Source: Peptococcaceae bacterium
GTDB taxonomy: Bacteria; Bacillota; Peptococcia; Peptococcales; BICA1-8
Length of the DNA stretch: 64,000 nt
Direction of reading: 5' to 3'
NCBI GenBank assembly: GCA_049366715.1
Contig: JBMNCQ010000059.1
Coordinates: 113,607-177,606 of the forward strand
Shown here: positions 53,809-62,486 of the stretch, one piece after another
How the letters are laid out: the number at the start of each line of letters is the position of its first letter
Numbering within the stretch: the stretch's first letter is position 1
Program-made: the position numbers and the translations under genes
Notes under the pieces: model-generated
What the model saw: the letters and a program-made list of their open reading frames with translations, nothing else
Databases searched by the model: none
What the model was told of the DNA's origin: nothing

Positions 53809-54441
53809 GTGACACATTCATTGCATCGTTCAGGACCAATAGAATCTCAGAAGAAAGATTTTAACTGGTTTATGTATCAAACAAAAGGAGTAAATGATAA
53901 AAATATTAAAGAAAAAGCCTTGGAGTTTATTGCAGTTGTAGAGGCATTAGGATCGGAAAACTGGGGTGATGTTAAAACAGGACCTAAGACCCAGTATCCT
54001 GTCGAATATATTAAAGATCATATAACAGATAAGTCCCGGATCAGAGGTGTATTTACCCGCAAAGAGCAGGTGATAGAATTCCTGAAACAGATTAAAGAAA
54101 AGGATTTAGACCAATCGGTAGTCATTACCGGTGTTTTGGACGAAGTATTGCCGGCTTGTTTAGAAGCAGATATAACTCCTCATTCCATCAATTATTCCCT
54201 GGGAGTTTGGGGGAAAAAGGAGAACCTTCCTGACGAGACGATATTGTCGGTAACAACGATGTGCGGGCATCATATGATCCCTCCCAAATATGTTGAATAT
54301 ATGATTGAGCAGGTCGGCAAAGGACGTTTAACCAGGGATGAAGCGGCCATAAAGCTGGCTAATTTCTGCTATTGCGGAATTTTCAATCAGGTTAGATGTG
54401 CCGATATCATCGCGGAGACGCTGGCTGAAAAAAAGGCTTAA
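53809..54441 (+). CDS. Module 3, subunit B (close paralog of module 1 subunit B)
   Basis: GTG start 15 nt after the subunit A stop, behind GAAGGGAGGAA. MTHSLHRSG...TTMCGHHMIPP...ANFCYCGIFNQVRC. Confidence 0.8.
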   Translation: MTHSLHRSGPIESQKKDFNWFMYQTKGVNDKNIKEKALEFIAVVEALGSENWGDVKTGPKTQYPVEYIKDHITDKSRIRGVFTRKEQVIEFLKQIKEKDLDQSVVITGVLDEVLPACLEADITPHSINYSLGVWGKKENLPDETILSVTTMCGHHMIPPKYVEYMIEQVGKGRLTRDEAAIKLANFCYCGIFNQVRCADIIAETLAEKKA

Positions 54442-54629
54442 AAAATTTTAAGGCAGCCGATACTTCCAATTAACTTAAAGAGTAGATACAGACAAGACAA
54501 GGGCTCTATTAGGTATTAGGACAAGATATAGGTTAGTTAAAATGAAATTAGGATAATAAATAGGTCGAATTTTATGAATATTAATTTTCAAACGACTATT
54601 TTAACTGCAAAAAGCAGGCTAAGATATGC

Positions 54630-54645
54630 TGGCATGAAAATTGCT
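54630..54645 (+). promoter_or_regulatory. Sigma-54 (-24/-12) promoter of the 8-gene operon at 54696-63464
   Basis: TGGCAT-GAAAA-TTGCT, 50 nt upstream of ATG 54696. ATTAGGA/ATAGG repeats lie 40-120 nt further upstream (54508-54580). Confidence 0.75.
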
Positions 54646-54695
54646 AATTATTATAATTGAGGATCCTCTTCAAACTCATAAATTGGAGGTGCAAA

Positions 54696-55661
54696 ATGAT
54701 TGAAATTAGAATGGCAAGAACAGCTAAAATGATTATGGATACCGTATTAGAAGTAAAAGCCGGTGAAAAACTTTGTATCGTTACAGACACAGAAAGGCCG
54801 TCTACGATTACGAAAGTACTGGCGATCGCGGCTGAAATGTGCGGGGCAGAAACAGTTATCGTCACCATGAAACCGACGGGAATGAGCGGGGTAGAACCAT
54901 CTTCTATGGTTACGGCAGCAATGGGTGCTGCTGATGTCATCATAAACCAGACAAGCCATTCCATGACTTTTACAAATGCGCAGAGAAGTGCGGTAGCCAA
55001 AGGTGCCCGGGTATGCAACATCCGTAATTTAAATGAAGATATGATGCTCAGAGGCGGAATAACCGCCGATTACCGGGAGGTCAAACGAATCAGTGAGAAA
55101 TTAGCAGAACGGATTACGAAAGGCAGTGTCGTGCATATTACTACTCCTTTGGGGACGGATTTGAAATTTAGTATTGAAGGACGGAGTGGATTTGTCCTGG
55201 CCGGTTATGCGACTAAACCCGGTGAATTTTCAGGCCTTCCTGACGGCGAAGCAGCTTGTGCACCCTTAGAAGGTACTACGGAAGGTGTAATCGTTAATCC
55301 TTATTTAATAGAAGATATTGATCTAATTAAAGAACCGCTGCGGATTGAATTTGCCAAAGGCTTAGTAACCAAAGTGACAGGCGGTAAAGAAGCCGATATG
55401 CTTCAGAAAGTAATCGAAAAAAATGGGGAAACAGCTCGGAATATTGCTGAATTTGCTTTTGGCACCAATGCCGCCTGCCGGTTAAATGACAGATCCCGTG
55501 AAGCTAAGAAAAAGTTAGGAACCTGCCATGTAGCCATAGGCGATAGTGTGTCTCTGGGAGGCCTGGTAGAAAGTCCGATGCATGCCGATATCATGATGTT
55601 AAACCCCACAATAACCATTGACGATGTATTAATCATGGAGAACGGAAATTTGCTGGTTTAA
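54696..55661 (+). CDS. M29 aminopeptidase-T / NicX-like metalloenzyme, paralog 1
   Basis: Start moved to ATG 54696 after GGAGG. LEVKAGEKLCIVTD, GLPDGEAACAPLEG, FAFGTN, KKLGTCHVAIGD, and SPMHAD (H...HxD). Confidence 0.7.
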   Translation: MIEIRMARTAKMIMDTVLEVKAGEKLCIVTDTERPSTITKVLAIAAEMCGAETVIVTMKPTGMSGVEPSSMVTAAMGAADVIINQTSHSMTFTNAQRSAVAKGARVCNIRNLNEDMMLRGGITADYREVKRISEKLAERITKGSVVHITTPLGTDLKFSIEGRSGFVLAGYATKPGEFSGLPDGEAACAPLEGTTEGVIVNPYLIEDIDLIKEPLRIEFAKGLVTKVTGGKEADMLQKVIEKNGETARNIAEFAFGTNAACRLNDRSREAKKKLGTCHVAIGDSVSLGGLVESPMHADIMMLNPTITIDDVLIMENGNLLV

Positions 55662-55695
55662 GGTGACGTTATCATAAAAACTGGGAGGTTTTAAA

Positions 55696-57573
55696 ATGTA
55701 TCGTATGTTGAATCCGGGAAAGATTGGCAATATATCACTGAAAAACCGTGTGATTATACCGTCGATGTGCCTTTATTATTCCGATAATGAGGGCAATGTC
55801 ACCGATAAACTGGCTGCTTTTATTGAAACAAGGGCCCGGAACGGGGTGGGAGGTTTTATCGTACCGGCCAATCCCTATGGCAAAAATAAGCGTGCCCGCG
55901 GTTCCATCGTTGATGACTCCCGTATTGAGCAGTGGAAGCGTCTCACAGATATGGTTCACAGCTATGATGCCAGGATATTTTGTCAGCTGCATCCGTCAGG
56001 GTTTCAATTCGGCCGGAAAGAATTTACCGAGTCACCTCTGGACTGGACTACTGAAGAAGTTGCCATGATCATAGAGGCCTATGCCCAGGGAGCGCTGCGG
56101 GCTAAGAAAGCAGGTTTCGACGGAGTTGAAATTCACGGTGCCCACGGTCATGAAGTTGCTTTATTTTTATCTACTTTAATCAATAAGCGGACAGATAAAT
56201 ATGGACAGGGAATTGAAGGACACACGGCGATCATAACGGAGATGATTCAGAAGATAAAAGAATATGCCGGGCAGGATTTTCCGGTAATACTCCGGATCAG
56301 CGGTGAAGAAAGATTACCCGGCGGCAGAGAAATTGCTGAAACTCTGGAGATTTGTCTCCTGGCTGAGAAGGCAGGGGCAGATGCCATTCACGTTTCCGTA
56401 GGTATGCCGGAGAGTGAACAATGGGAATGCCCTTCCAGTGAAATTGAGCAAGGACATTTAGCCTGGATGGGCGAAAAATTAAAAGCTAAACTGGCGATAC
56501 CGGTAATTATTGTCGGCCGTATTGTCAACTGGCAAGTTGCCGAGGATATTATTCGTTCCGGGAAAGCCGATTTTATTGCTATTGCCCGGGCGTTCCTGGC
56601 CGAACCTAATTGGATGTCTTCCGTTGGCAAGGAGGATTTAAGTGATATCCGCCGGTGTATTGCCTGTAACCAGGGATGCCGCACAACAAGAGCCTTGAAG
56701 AAAACCATCACCCACTGCCTGCAGAATCCTTTGACAGGTCATGAAGAAGAGATTATCATCGAACCGGATCCGGATAAGAAGAAAATTTGTGTAATCGGAG
56801 CAGGCGTCAGTGGATTGGAAGCTGCTCATGTAATGTCTTTAAGAGGTCATGATGTTACAATCTATGAAAAAGAAAACTTTATCGGTGGTAATTTCCGTTG
56901 GGCCAGCATGCCTCCCGGGAAAAAAGCTTATCTTAATTTGCTTGATTTTTATGAAACAACATTAACCAAACGGGGAGTCGGCATAATTTTAAATCAGGAG
57001 ATCGCAGAAATCCCGGCTCAAAAATATGATATTGTTATTGTCGCCGTAGGGGCTAAAGAAATCATACCGCCTATTGATTATGGGGATGCAGTTGTTTATA
57101 CGGCTGTCGATTTACTTTCTAACGGAAAGCCGGAGGTTGATCAGTATGTGGTTATCGGTGACGGATTGGTAGGTTATGAGGCTGCTGATTATCTTTTAGC
57201 CCAGGGCAAGAAGGTTGTACTGGTAGGGGATACCAGAGAGGAAGCCAGTGAAAAGCTGGGGATAGCCAGATGGCATTTTATGTCGGAAAGATTTAAAGAA
57301 AATACCGAAAATCTGACGATAATCAAATATTCTACAGTCGTATCCGTTAATTCTCAATCGTTTAGAATCAAAGATCAGGATGGAGAGATCAGGGAAATTA
57401 AAGGCGCTTACACCTTTATCCTGGCCTGTGGTTTTAAAGGTAATCTGGAATTATACGAAGAGTTAAAAAGTAAAACAGCGAATGTTTATTTAGTGGGCAC
57501 TGCTAAAAATTGCGGTGATGCGATGGATGCCATCCACGATGCATTTAATACTGCTTTAAATATTAAAATTTAA
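55696..57573 (+). CDS. Enoate-reductase / 2,4-dienoyl-CoA-reductase-type flavoprotein (OYE TIM barrel, [4Fe-4S], FAD/NAD(P) domain)
   Basis: GFDGVEIHGAHGHEV, the Fe-S motif RRCIACNQGC, and the Rossmann motif KICVIGAGVSGLEAA. Confidence 0.85.
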   Translation: MYRMLNPGKIGNISLKNRVIIPSMCLYYSDNEGNVTDKLAAFIETRARNGVGGFIVPANPYGKNKRARGSIVDDSRIEQWKRLTDMVHSYDARIFCQLHPSGFQFGRKEFTESPLDWTTEEVAMIIEAYAQGALRAKKAGFDGVEIHGAHGHEVALFLSTLINKRTDKYGQGIEGHTAIITEMIQKIKEYAGQDFPVILRISGEERLPGGREIAETLEICLLAEKAGADAIHVSVGMPESEQWECPSSEIEQGHLAWMGEKLKAKLAIPVIIVGRIVNWQVAEDIIRSGKADFIAIARAFLAEPNWMSSVGKEDLSDIRRCIACNQGCRTTRALKKTITHCLQNPLTGHEEEIIIEPDPDKKKICVIGAGVSGLEAAHVMSLRGHDVTIYEKENFIGGNFRWASMPPGKKAYLNLLDFYETTLTKRGVGIILNQEIAEIPAQKYDIVIVAVGAKEIIPPIDYGDAVVYTAVDLLSNGKPEVDQYVVIGDGLVGYEAADYLLAQGKKVVLVGDTREEASEKLGIARWHFMSERFKENTENLTIIKYSTVVSVNSQSFRIKDQDGEIREIKGAYTFILACGFKGNLELYEELKSKTANVYLVGTAKNCGDAMDAIHDAFNTALNIKI

Positions 57574-57593
57574 GTAATTGCCGAGGTGGTCAT

Positions 57594-58829
57594 ATGGGGA
57601 TGACAGTGACAGAAAAAATACTGGCTAAAGCAAGTAAAAAAGCTGTTGTGTTTCCGGGGGAGATCGTTAAGGCCAAAGTTGATAAGGCTATGATCCATGA
57701 TAATAACGCTCCGTTGGTGATGAAACATTTCAGTAAGATCGTTGTTGATCAAGTATGGGATCCGGAAAGAATTGTTTTTGTAGTCGACCATCATAGTCCC
57801 TGCACATCGATTAAAGCTGCCCAGCATCAGGCTGAAATGCGGGAGTTTGCCCGGAAGCAGGGTGTGAAAAAGTTCTTTGACTGCGGAGAGGGTATCTGTC
57901 ATGTACTGATGCTGGAAAAAGGGCTGGCAGGTCCGGGTCAGGTAATCGTAGGAACAGATTCCCATACGACGGGGGAAGGAGCACTGGGCAGCTTTGCAAC
58001 GGGGATTGGTGCTACGGAAATGGCCGGTGTTTTGGCAACAGGCGAGATTTGGCTGAGAGTTCCGGAAACCATTAAGGTTGAAATCAACGGGGATATACCT
58101 TCCGGCAGTGATGCCCGGGATGTGATTTCCCTGGTTTTGCAAAAGATAGGTGCTTCCGGTGCTAATTATTTAGCCGTTGAATTTACCGGGACAACTGTTG
58201 AAAAAATGGATTTGAGTGAGAAAACTACCTTATGTGTCATGAGTATGGAGATGGGAGCTAAAAATGCGGTTATTGTACCTGCGGAAGGCAAGAATACCGG
58301 AGATCATCTGGAAAGTGACCCTGATGCCGGATATTATGCCCATTTAGTCTTTGATGTTGCAGATTTAGAACCGCTGGTGGCCTGTCCCAGCTTACCGACA
58401 AATATCAGAAAAGTAGAAGAAGTGGAAAAAGACAGAATCTTTATTAATCAAGCTGCCGTTTCCTCCTGCGCAGGGGCTCAGCTCAGGGATTTAAAAGCTG
58501 CGGCAGAAATTCTCAAGAACAAAAAAATTGCGGAGAATGTCAGGTTACTTGTTATTCCGGCCAGCAGGGAAATATATAATCAGGCGATGCATGAAGGTTA
58601 TCTTAACATTCTTCACGATGCCGGAGCCATCATCAGTTCTCCTGCCTGTGGAGCCTGCGGGGCTCATGATATCGGAGCCCTGGCACCGGGAGAAGTTTGT
58701 ATTAGTTCTACGACCCGGAACATGCCGGGGAGAATGGGGCCGGGCGGGGAAATATACCTGGCCAGTGCAGCAACTGTAGCAGCGTCTGCCTTGAAAGGAT
58801 ATATTTGTGATCCCAGAAAAGTCGTTTAG
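57594..58829 (+). CDS. Aconitase-family hydro-lyase large subunit (LeuC/HacA-like)
   Basis: MTVTEKILAKAS, MIHDNNAPL, GTDSHT, and the Cys ligand contexts SSCAGA and PACGACGA. Confidence 0.85.
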   Translation: MGMTVTEKILAKASKKAVVFPGEIVKAKVDKAMIHDNNAPLVMKHFSKIVVDQVWDPERIVFVVDHHSPCTSIKAAQHQAEMREFARKQGVKKFFDCGEGICHVLMLEKGLAGPGQVIVGTDSHTTGEGALGSFATGIGATEMAGVLATGEIWLRVPETIKVEINGDIPSGSDARDVISLVLQKIGASGANYLAVEFTGTTVEKMDLSEKTTLCVMSMEMGAKNAVIVPAEGKNTGDHLESDPDAGYYAHLVFDVADLEPLVACPSLPTNIRKVEEVEKDRIFINQAAVSSCAGAQLRDLKAAAEILKNKKIAENVRLLVIPASREIYNQAMHEGYLNILHDAGAIISSPACGACGAHDIGALAPGEVCISSTTRNMPGRMGPGGEIYLASAATVAASALKGYICDPRKVV

Positions 58830-58852
58830 TCATTCTAAAAAGAGGTGAAGAA

Positions 58853-59353
58853 ATGTCTGCAAAATGCTGGAAGTTTGGTCATGATATTTCAACTGATGAA
58901 ATTATTCCGGTCCGTTTCATGATCGTTACAGAACCTGCTGAATTGGCAAAGCATATCATGGAGAATTTGGACCCTGAATTTGTTCATAAATTCCAACCGG
59001 GAGAAATATTTATGGCCGGAGAAAATTTTGGTTATGGCTCCAGCCGGGAACATGCCGCATTAGCCTTAAAGGCTGCAGGAGTTCAGGCGATTATTGCCAG
59101 GTCCTTTGCCCGTATTTTTTACAGAAATTCGATAAATATCGGCCTGCCGGTTCTGGTTTGTCCTGAAGCCGTTGACAACAGTGCTGAAGGAGACATAATC
59201 GAAATTGATATCGACAGAAGTTTAATCAGAAATTTGAGCAGAAATATGGAATTTACTTTTCAATCTTATCCTTCTTTTATTATGGAATTCTTTAAACGAG
59301 GCGGTTTAATCAATGCCTTGAATGAAGAGTTAAGTGATAAACTAAATTTATGA
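58853..59353 (+). CDS. Aconitase-family hydro-lyase small subunit (LeuD/HacB-like)
   Basis: 166 aa: ISTDEIIP, GENFGYGSSREHAALALKAAGV, and ARIFYRNSINIGLP. Confidence 0.85.
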   Translation: MSAKCWKFGHDISTDEIIPVRFMIVTEPAELAKHIMENLDPEFVHKFQPGEIFMAGENFGYGSSREHAALALKAAGVQAIIARSFARIFYRNSINIGLPVLVCPEAVDNSAEGDIIEIDIDRSLIRNLSRNMEFTFQSYPSFIMEFFKRGGLINALNEELSDKLNL

Positions 59354-59372
59354 AACGAAAGGGGAGTTTAGT

Positions 59373-60389
59373 ATGTTAAGAGGTAGGAGGAAAGCTTTAA
59401 TCTGGTTATGTGGTCTTATTGCTATCACGTTAGTTCTTTTCGGATGTTCAGGACAAGACGCCAAACAAGAAGCAAAGGATGAGCCTCAACAAGGACAAGC
59501 AGAGAATAGTGAGGCCAGCTGGCCGACTAAGGAAATCGAGGTTGTCTATCACTCTAAAGCCGGTTCCGGGGGAGATATTTTTCTCAGGGCTATGGGGAAA
59601 GCTGCCGAGCCCATGTTAGGACAGCCTTGGGTTGTCAACAACCTTACCGGTGCTTCCGGGGCTAATGCCTGGGATTATGTAGCTAAGGCAGCTCCGGACG
59701 GGTATACCATTTTAGGGATGTCCTCAACGATTGTTACTTCTCCATTGCAGAATAAGATGCCGATTTCCTATCAGGACTTTGACCCTGTAGCTATGATGTT
59801 TATTGATCCCATTGTAATTTTTGTACCTGCTGATTCTCCTTATCAGACCCTAGGTGAAATGATTGAGGCTGCCAGGCAAGAACCGGGCAAACTAAAATGG
59901 GCCGGAGGTACTGCCGGAAATATTGAGTTTGTCGGCGCGAGAGAATTGATGAAAGTAGCTGATTTTAAAGCATCATTAGTTCCCTTTGAAGGAGGCGGCG
60001 ATGCCGTAGTTTCGGTATTAGGCGGACATCTTGATGCCGGTATCGGAGAATATGCTGAAATGAAGGCCAGTGTTGAAGCCGGTAAAATTAGAATCCTCGC
60101 CACTTTCAACCTGCTTCCTGATAATCCTGATATTCAAACTGTGGAAGAAGCAGGTTACCCGGAAGTGAAACTGGAAAAATTCCGCGGAATATTTGTTCCG
60201 AAAGGAACTCCTGCGGAGATTATTGATCGATTAGTGGAAGTAATGAAAGATGTTTATCATGACCCGGACTTTAAAAGGTATTACGAGGAAGGAAACTTAA
60301 TTCCGGCCTTCGCTGCTAAAGAAGAATTCACGAAAGTAATTGAAAATCAATATAAACAGGTTGAGGAATCCCTGAAAAATATTAACTAA
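59373..60389 (+). CDS. tctC: Second TTT substrate-binding lipoprotein
   Basis: Lipobox LFGC; EIEVVYHSKAGSGGDIFLRAMG; a TctC-like fold signature. Confidence 0.85.
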   Translation: MLRGRRKALIWLCGLIAITLVLFGCSGQDAKQEAKDEPQQGQAENSEASWPTKEIEVVYHSKAGSGGDIFLRAMGKAAEPMLGQPWVVNNLTGASGANAWDYVAKAAPDGYTILGMSSTIVTSPLQNKMPISYQDFDPVAMMFIDPIVIFVPADSPYQTLGEMIEAARQEPGKLKWAGGTAGNIEFVGARELMKVADFKASLVPFEGGGDAVVSVLGGHLDAGIGEYAEMKASVEAGKIRILATFNLLPDNPDIQTVEEAGYPEVKLEKFRGIFVPKGTPAEIIDRLVEVMKDVYHDPDFKRYYEEGNLIPAFAAKEEFTKVIENQYKQVEESLKNIN

Positions 60390-60455
60390 TCTTTCTGAGG
60401 GGCGGGTTAAATCCCGCCCTATCATATAAGGATAATCAACAATGGAGGTGAGCTT

Positions 60456-60920
60456 ATGTTTCAGCGCAATGATTGGATTACCGGAATAATCTCCCTGTTC
60501 ATCGGCGTATTTACATTAATCAGGGCTGCTACATGGAATGCACAATCTCTTGATCCCTCGGGGCCGGGAGCAATTCCGATAATTTTGGCCTGGGGCATAA
60601 TTGTAATTGGAATCATTCACCTGATCGGTTCCTGGTCTGCCGTGAAAAAAGGCGAAAGTAAAGAGACCTTTAACTGGGGTGAATATAAAATTATAGCACA
60701 AATTACAGTTATGTGTATTATTTATATTCTTTTATTAAGAAGCATAGGATACTTGATTTTAACGCCTTTATTAATTATGGGCATCATGAAAAGTGTTAAC
60801 GAACCGAATACCTGGAAATCTTTTAAAGTAGGGGTGCTTTCCACCGTAGTTTTGTTCGTGGTATTTTTCTATGGCCTGCATGTCAAATTACCACTAGGAT
60901 TCTTTAACAATATATTCTAA
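60456..60920 (+). CDS. tctB: Second TTT small membrane subunit
   Basis: 154 aa with 4 TM helices, between tctC and tctA. Confidence 0.75.
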   Translation: MFQRNDWITGIISLFIGVFTLIRAATWNAQSLDPSGPGAIPIILAWGIIVIGIIHLIGSWSAVKKGESKETFNWGEYKIIAQITVMCIIYILLLRSIGYLILTPLLIMGIMKSVNEPNTWKSFKVGVLSTVVLFVVFFYGLHVKLPLGFFNNIF

Positions 60921-60953
60921 TACCGTATTTTACTTGAAAGGAGGAAATATATT

Positions 60954-62444
60954 TTGATTGAGCACATTTCATTAGGCCTGGACATGGTACTGCAGTGGCA
61001 ATCTCTGCTGGCAATATTATTTGGCGTAACCTGGGGAATCTTTGGCGGGATGATTCCCGGTATCAACTCTACCATTGCTATGGCCCTGATTTTACCCTTT
61101 ACCTGGGGAATGGATCCTGTAGTGGCAATGATGATGCTGGCCGGGGTTTATGCAGGCGGGGAATACGGCGGGTCTATCCCGGCTATTCTTATCGGAACAC
61201 CAGGTACAAATGCTGCAGCCTGTACGGTTTTAGACGGTTATGAGCTGCATAAACAGGGGAGAACGGGGTTAGCGTTATATACTTCTCTTATCTCTTCATC
61301 TTTTGGAGGATTGATCGGAGCTGCTGTTTTAATTTTGGTCGCCGTACCACTGGCCGGAGTTGCTTTGGCTTTCGGACCGGCAGAGTATTTTAGTCTGGCT
61401 ACGGTGGGTCTTACCCTTGTCTGTTCACTGGGAGAGAAAAATGTCTTAAAAGGCATTTTAGCCGGGATGCTGGGTGTTTTGTTATCGACAGTAGGCTTTG
61501 ACCCTTTTTCGGCAGTACCCAGATTTACCTTTGGCATACTTTCCTTAAATGAAGGGTTTAAGATGATTCCTTTAATGATGGGTTTATTTGCTGTATCAGA
61601 AATGTTTAAACAGTCCCAGAGATTAACAAGTGACAGTGATTTTGTTTTAAGCACCAAAACCGATACCAGTTTTCCGTCCTGGAAAGAAATTAAAAATTTT
61701 CTGCCTTTCTCATCTTTGGCTGCGCTGGCCGGGGTCGTGATCGGGGCTATGCCGGGAGCAGGTGCAACGGCGGCGGCTTTTATTACTTACAGTGAAGCGA
61801 AAAGATGGAGTAAAAATTCTGATTCTTTTGGGCAAGGGAATCCTATCGGCGTTGCCGTACCGGAAGCAGCCAATAATGCAGTAACCGGCGGAGCTATGGT
61901 CCCCCTGTTAGCTTTGGGAATTCCCGGCTCAAATTCTACAGCCATTATGCTGGGCGCTCTGATGATTCATAATGTAACACCGGGCCCCCTGCTTTTTACC
62001 AAAAGTCCGGAGATTCCTTACGGTATTTTTGTCGCTTTGTTCATTGCGAATATTTGTATGTTTATTGCCGGATATTTCTTTATTAAATTTGCCATCAAAG
62101 CGACCAGTATTTCCAAATCGGCTTTAATAGCAGTTGTGATCACCCTTGTATTTACAGGGTCTTATGCTTACAGCGGTGAGATTTTCGATATAGGTGTTGC
62201 CCTTTGTTTTGGTCTTCTAGGTATTTTGATGCGTCATTTTAAAGTTCCCCATACGGCTACTGTGCTGGGATTCGTCCTGGGGTTCATTATGGAAGCCAAT
62301 TTAAGGCGGGCTTTAATTGTATCTGACGGGAGTTATTCCGGTGTGATTTTTAACTCGGGTATCAGTTCTGTTTTATTTATCATAGCGGTAGCATCCGTAG
62401 TTGTGTCCTTAATCAGAGGATTTCGAACGCAAGTAGCTAAGTAG
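60954..62444 (+). CDS. tctA: Second TTT large permease
   Basis: TTG start; GMIPGINSTIAMALILP, IGTPGTNAAA, and GAMPGAGATAAAF. Confidence 0.9.
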   Translation: MIEHISLGLDMVLQWQSLLAILFGVTWGIFGGMIPGINSTIAMALILPFTWGMDPVVAMMMLAGVYAGGEYGGSIPAILIGTPGTNAAACTVLDGYELHKQGRTGLALYTSLISSSFGGLIGAAVLILVAVPLAGVALAFGPAEYFSLATVGLTLVCSLGEKNVLKGILAGMLGVLLSTVGFDPFSAVPRFTFGILSLNEGFKMIPLMMGLFAVSEMFKQSQRLTSDSDFVLSTKTDTSFPSWKEIKNFLPFSSLAALAGVVIGAMPGAGATAAAFITYSEAKRWSKNSDSFGQGNPIGVAVPEAANNAVTGGAMVPLLALGIPGSNSTAIMLGALMIHNVTPGPLLFTKSPEIPYGIFVALFIANICMFIAGYFFIKFAIKATSISKSALIAVVITLVFTGSYAYSGEIFDIGVALCFGLLGILMRHFKVPHTATVLGFVLGFIMEANLRRALIVSDGSYSGVIFNSGISSVLFIIAVASVVVSLIRGFRTQVAK

Positions 62445-62486
62445 CAAAGCATTCCTTACGGATTTTATTTACAAAGGAGGAATAGT

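Noticed and set aside
57570-58142. 190-aa minus-strand ORF
   Set aside because: It is fully antisense to the end of the enoate-reductase-type gene and the start of the LeuC-like gene, both of which have strong family motifs. It has no RBS, and its composition is Cys/His/Arg-rich as expected for an antisense frame.
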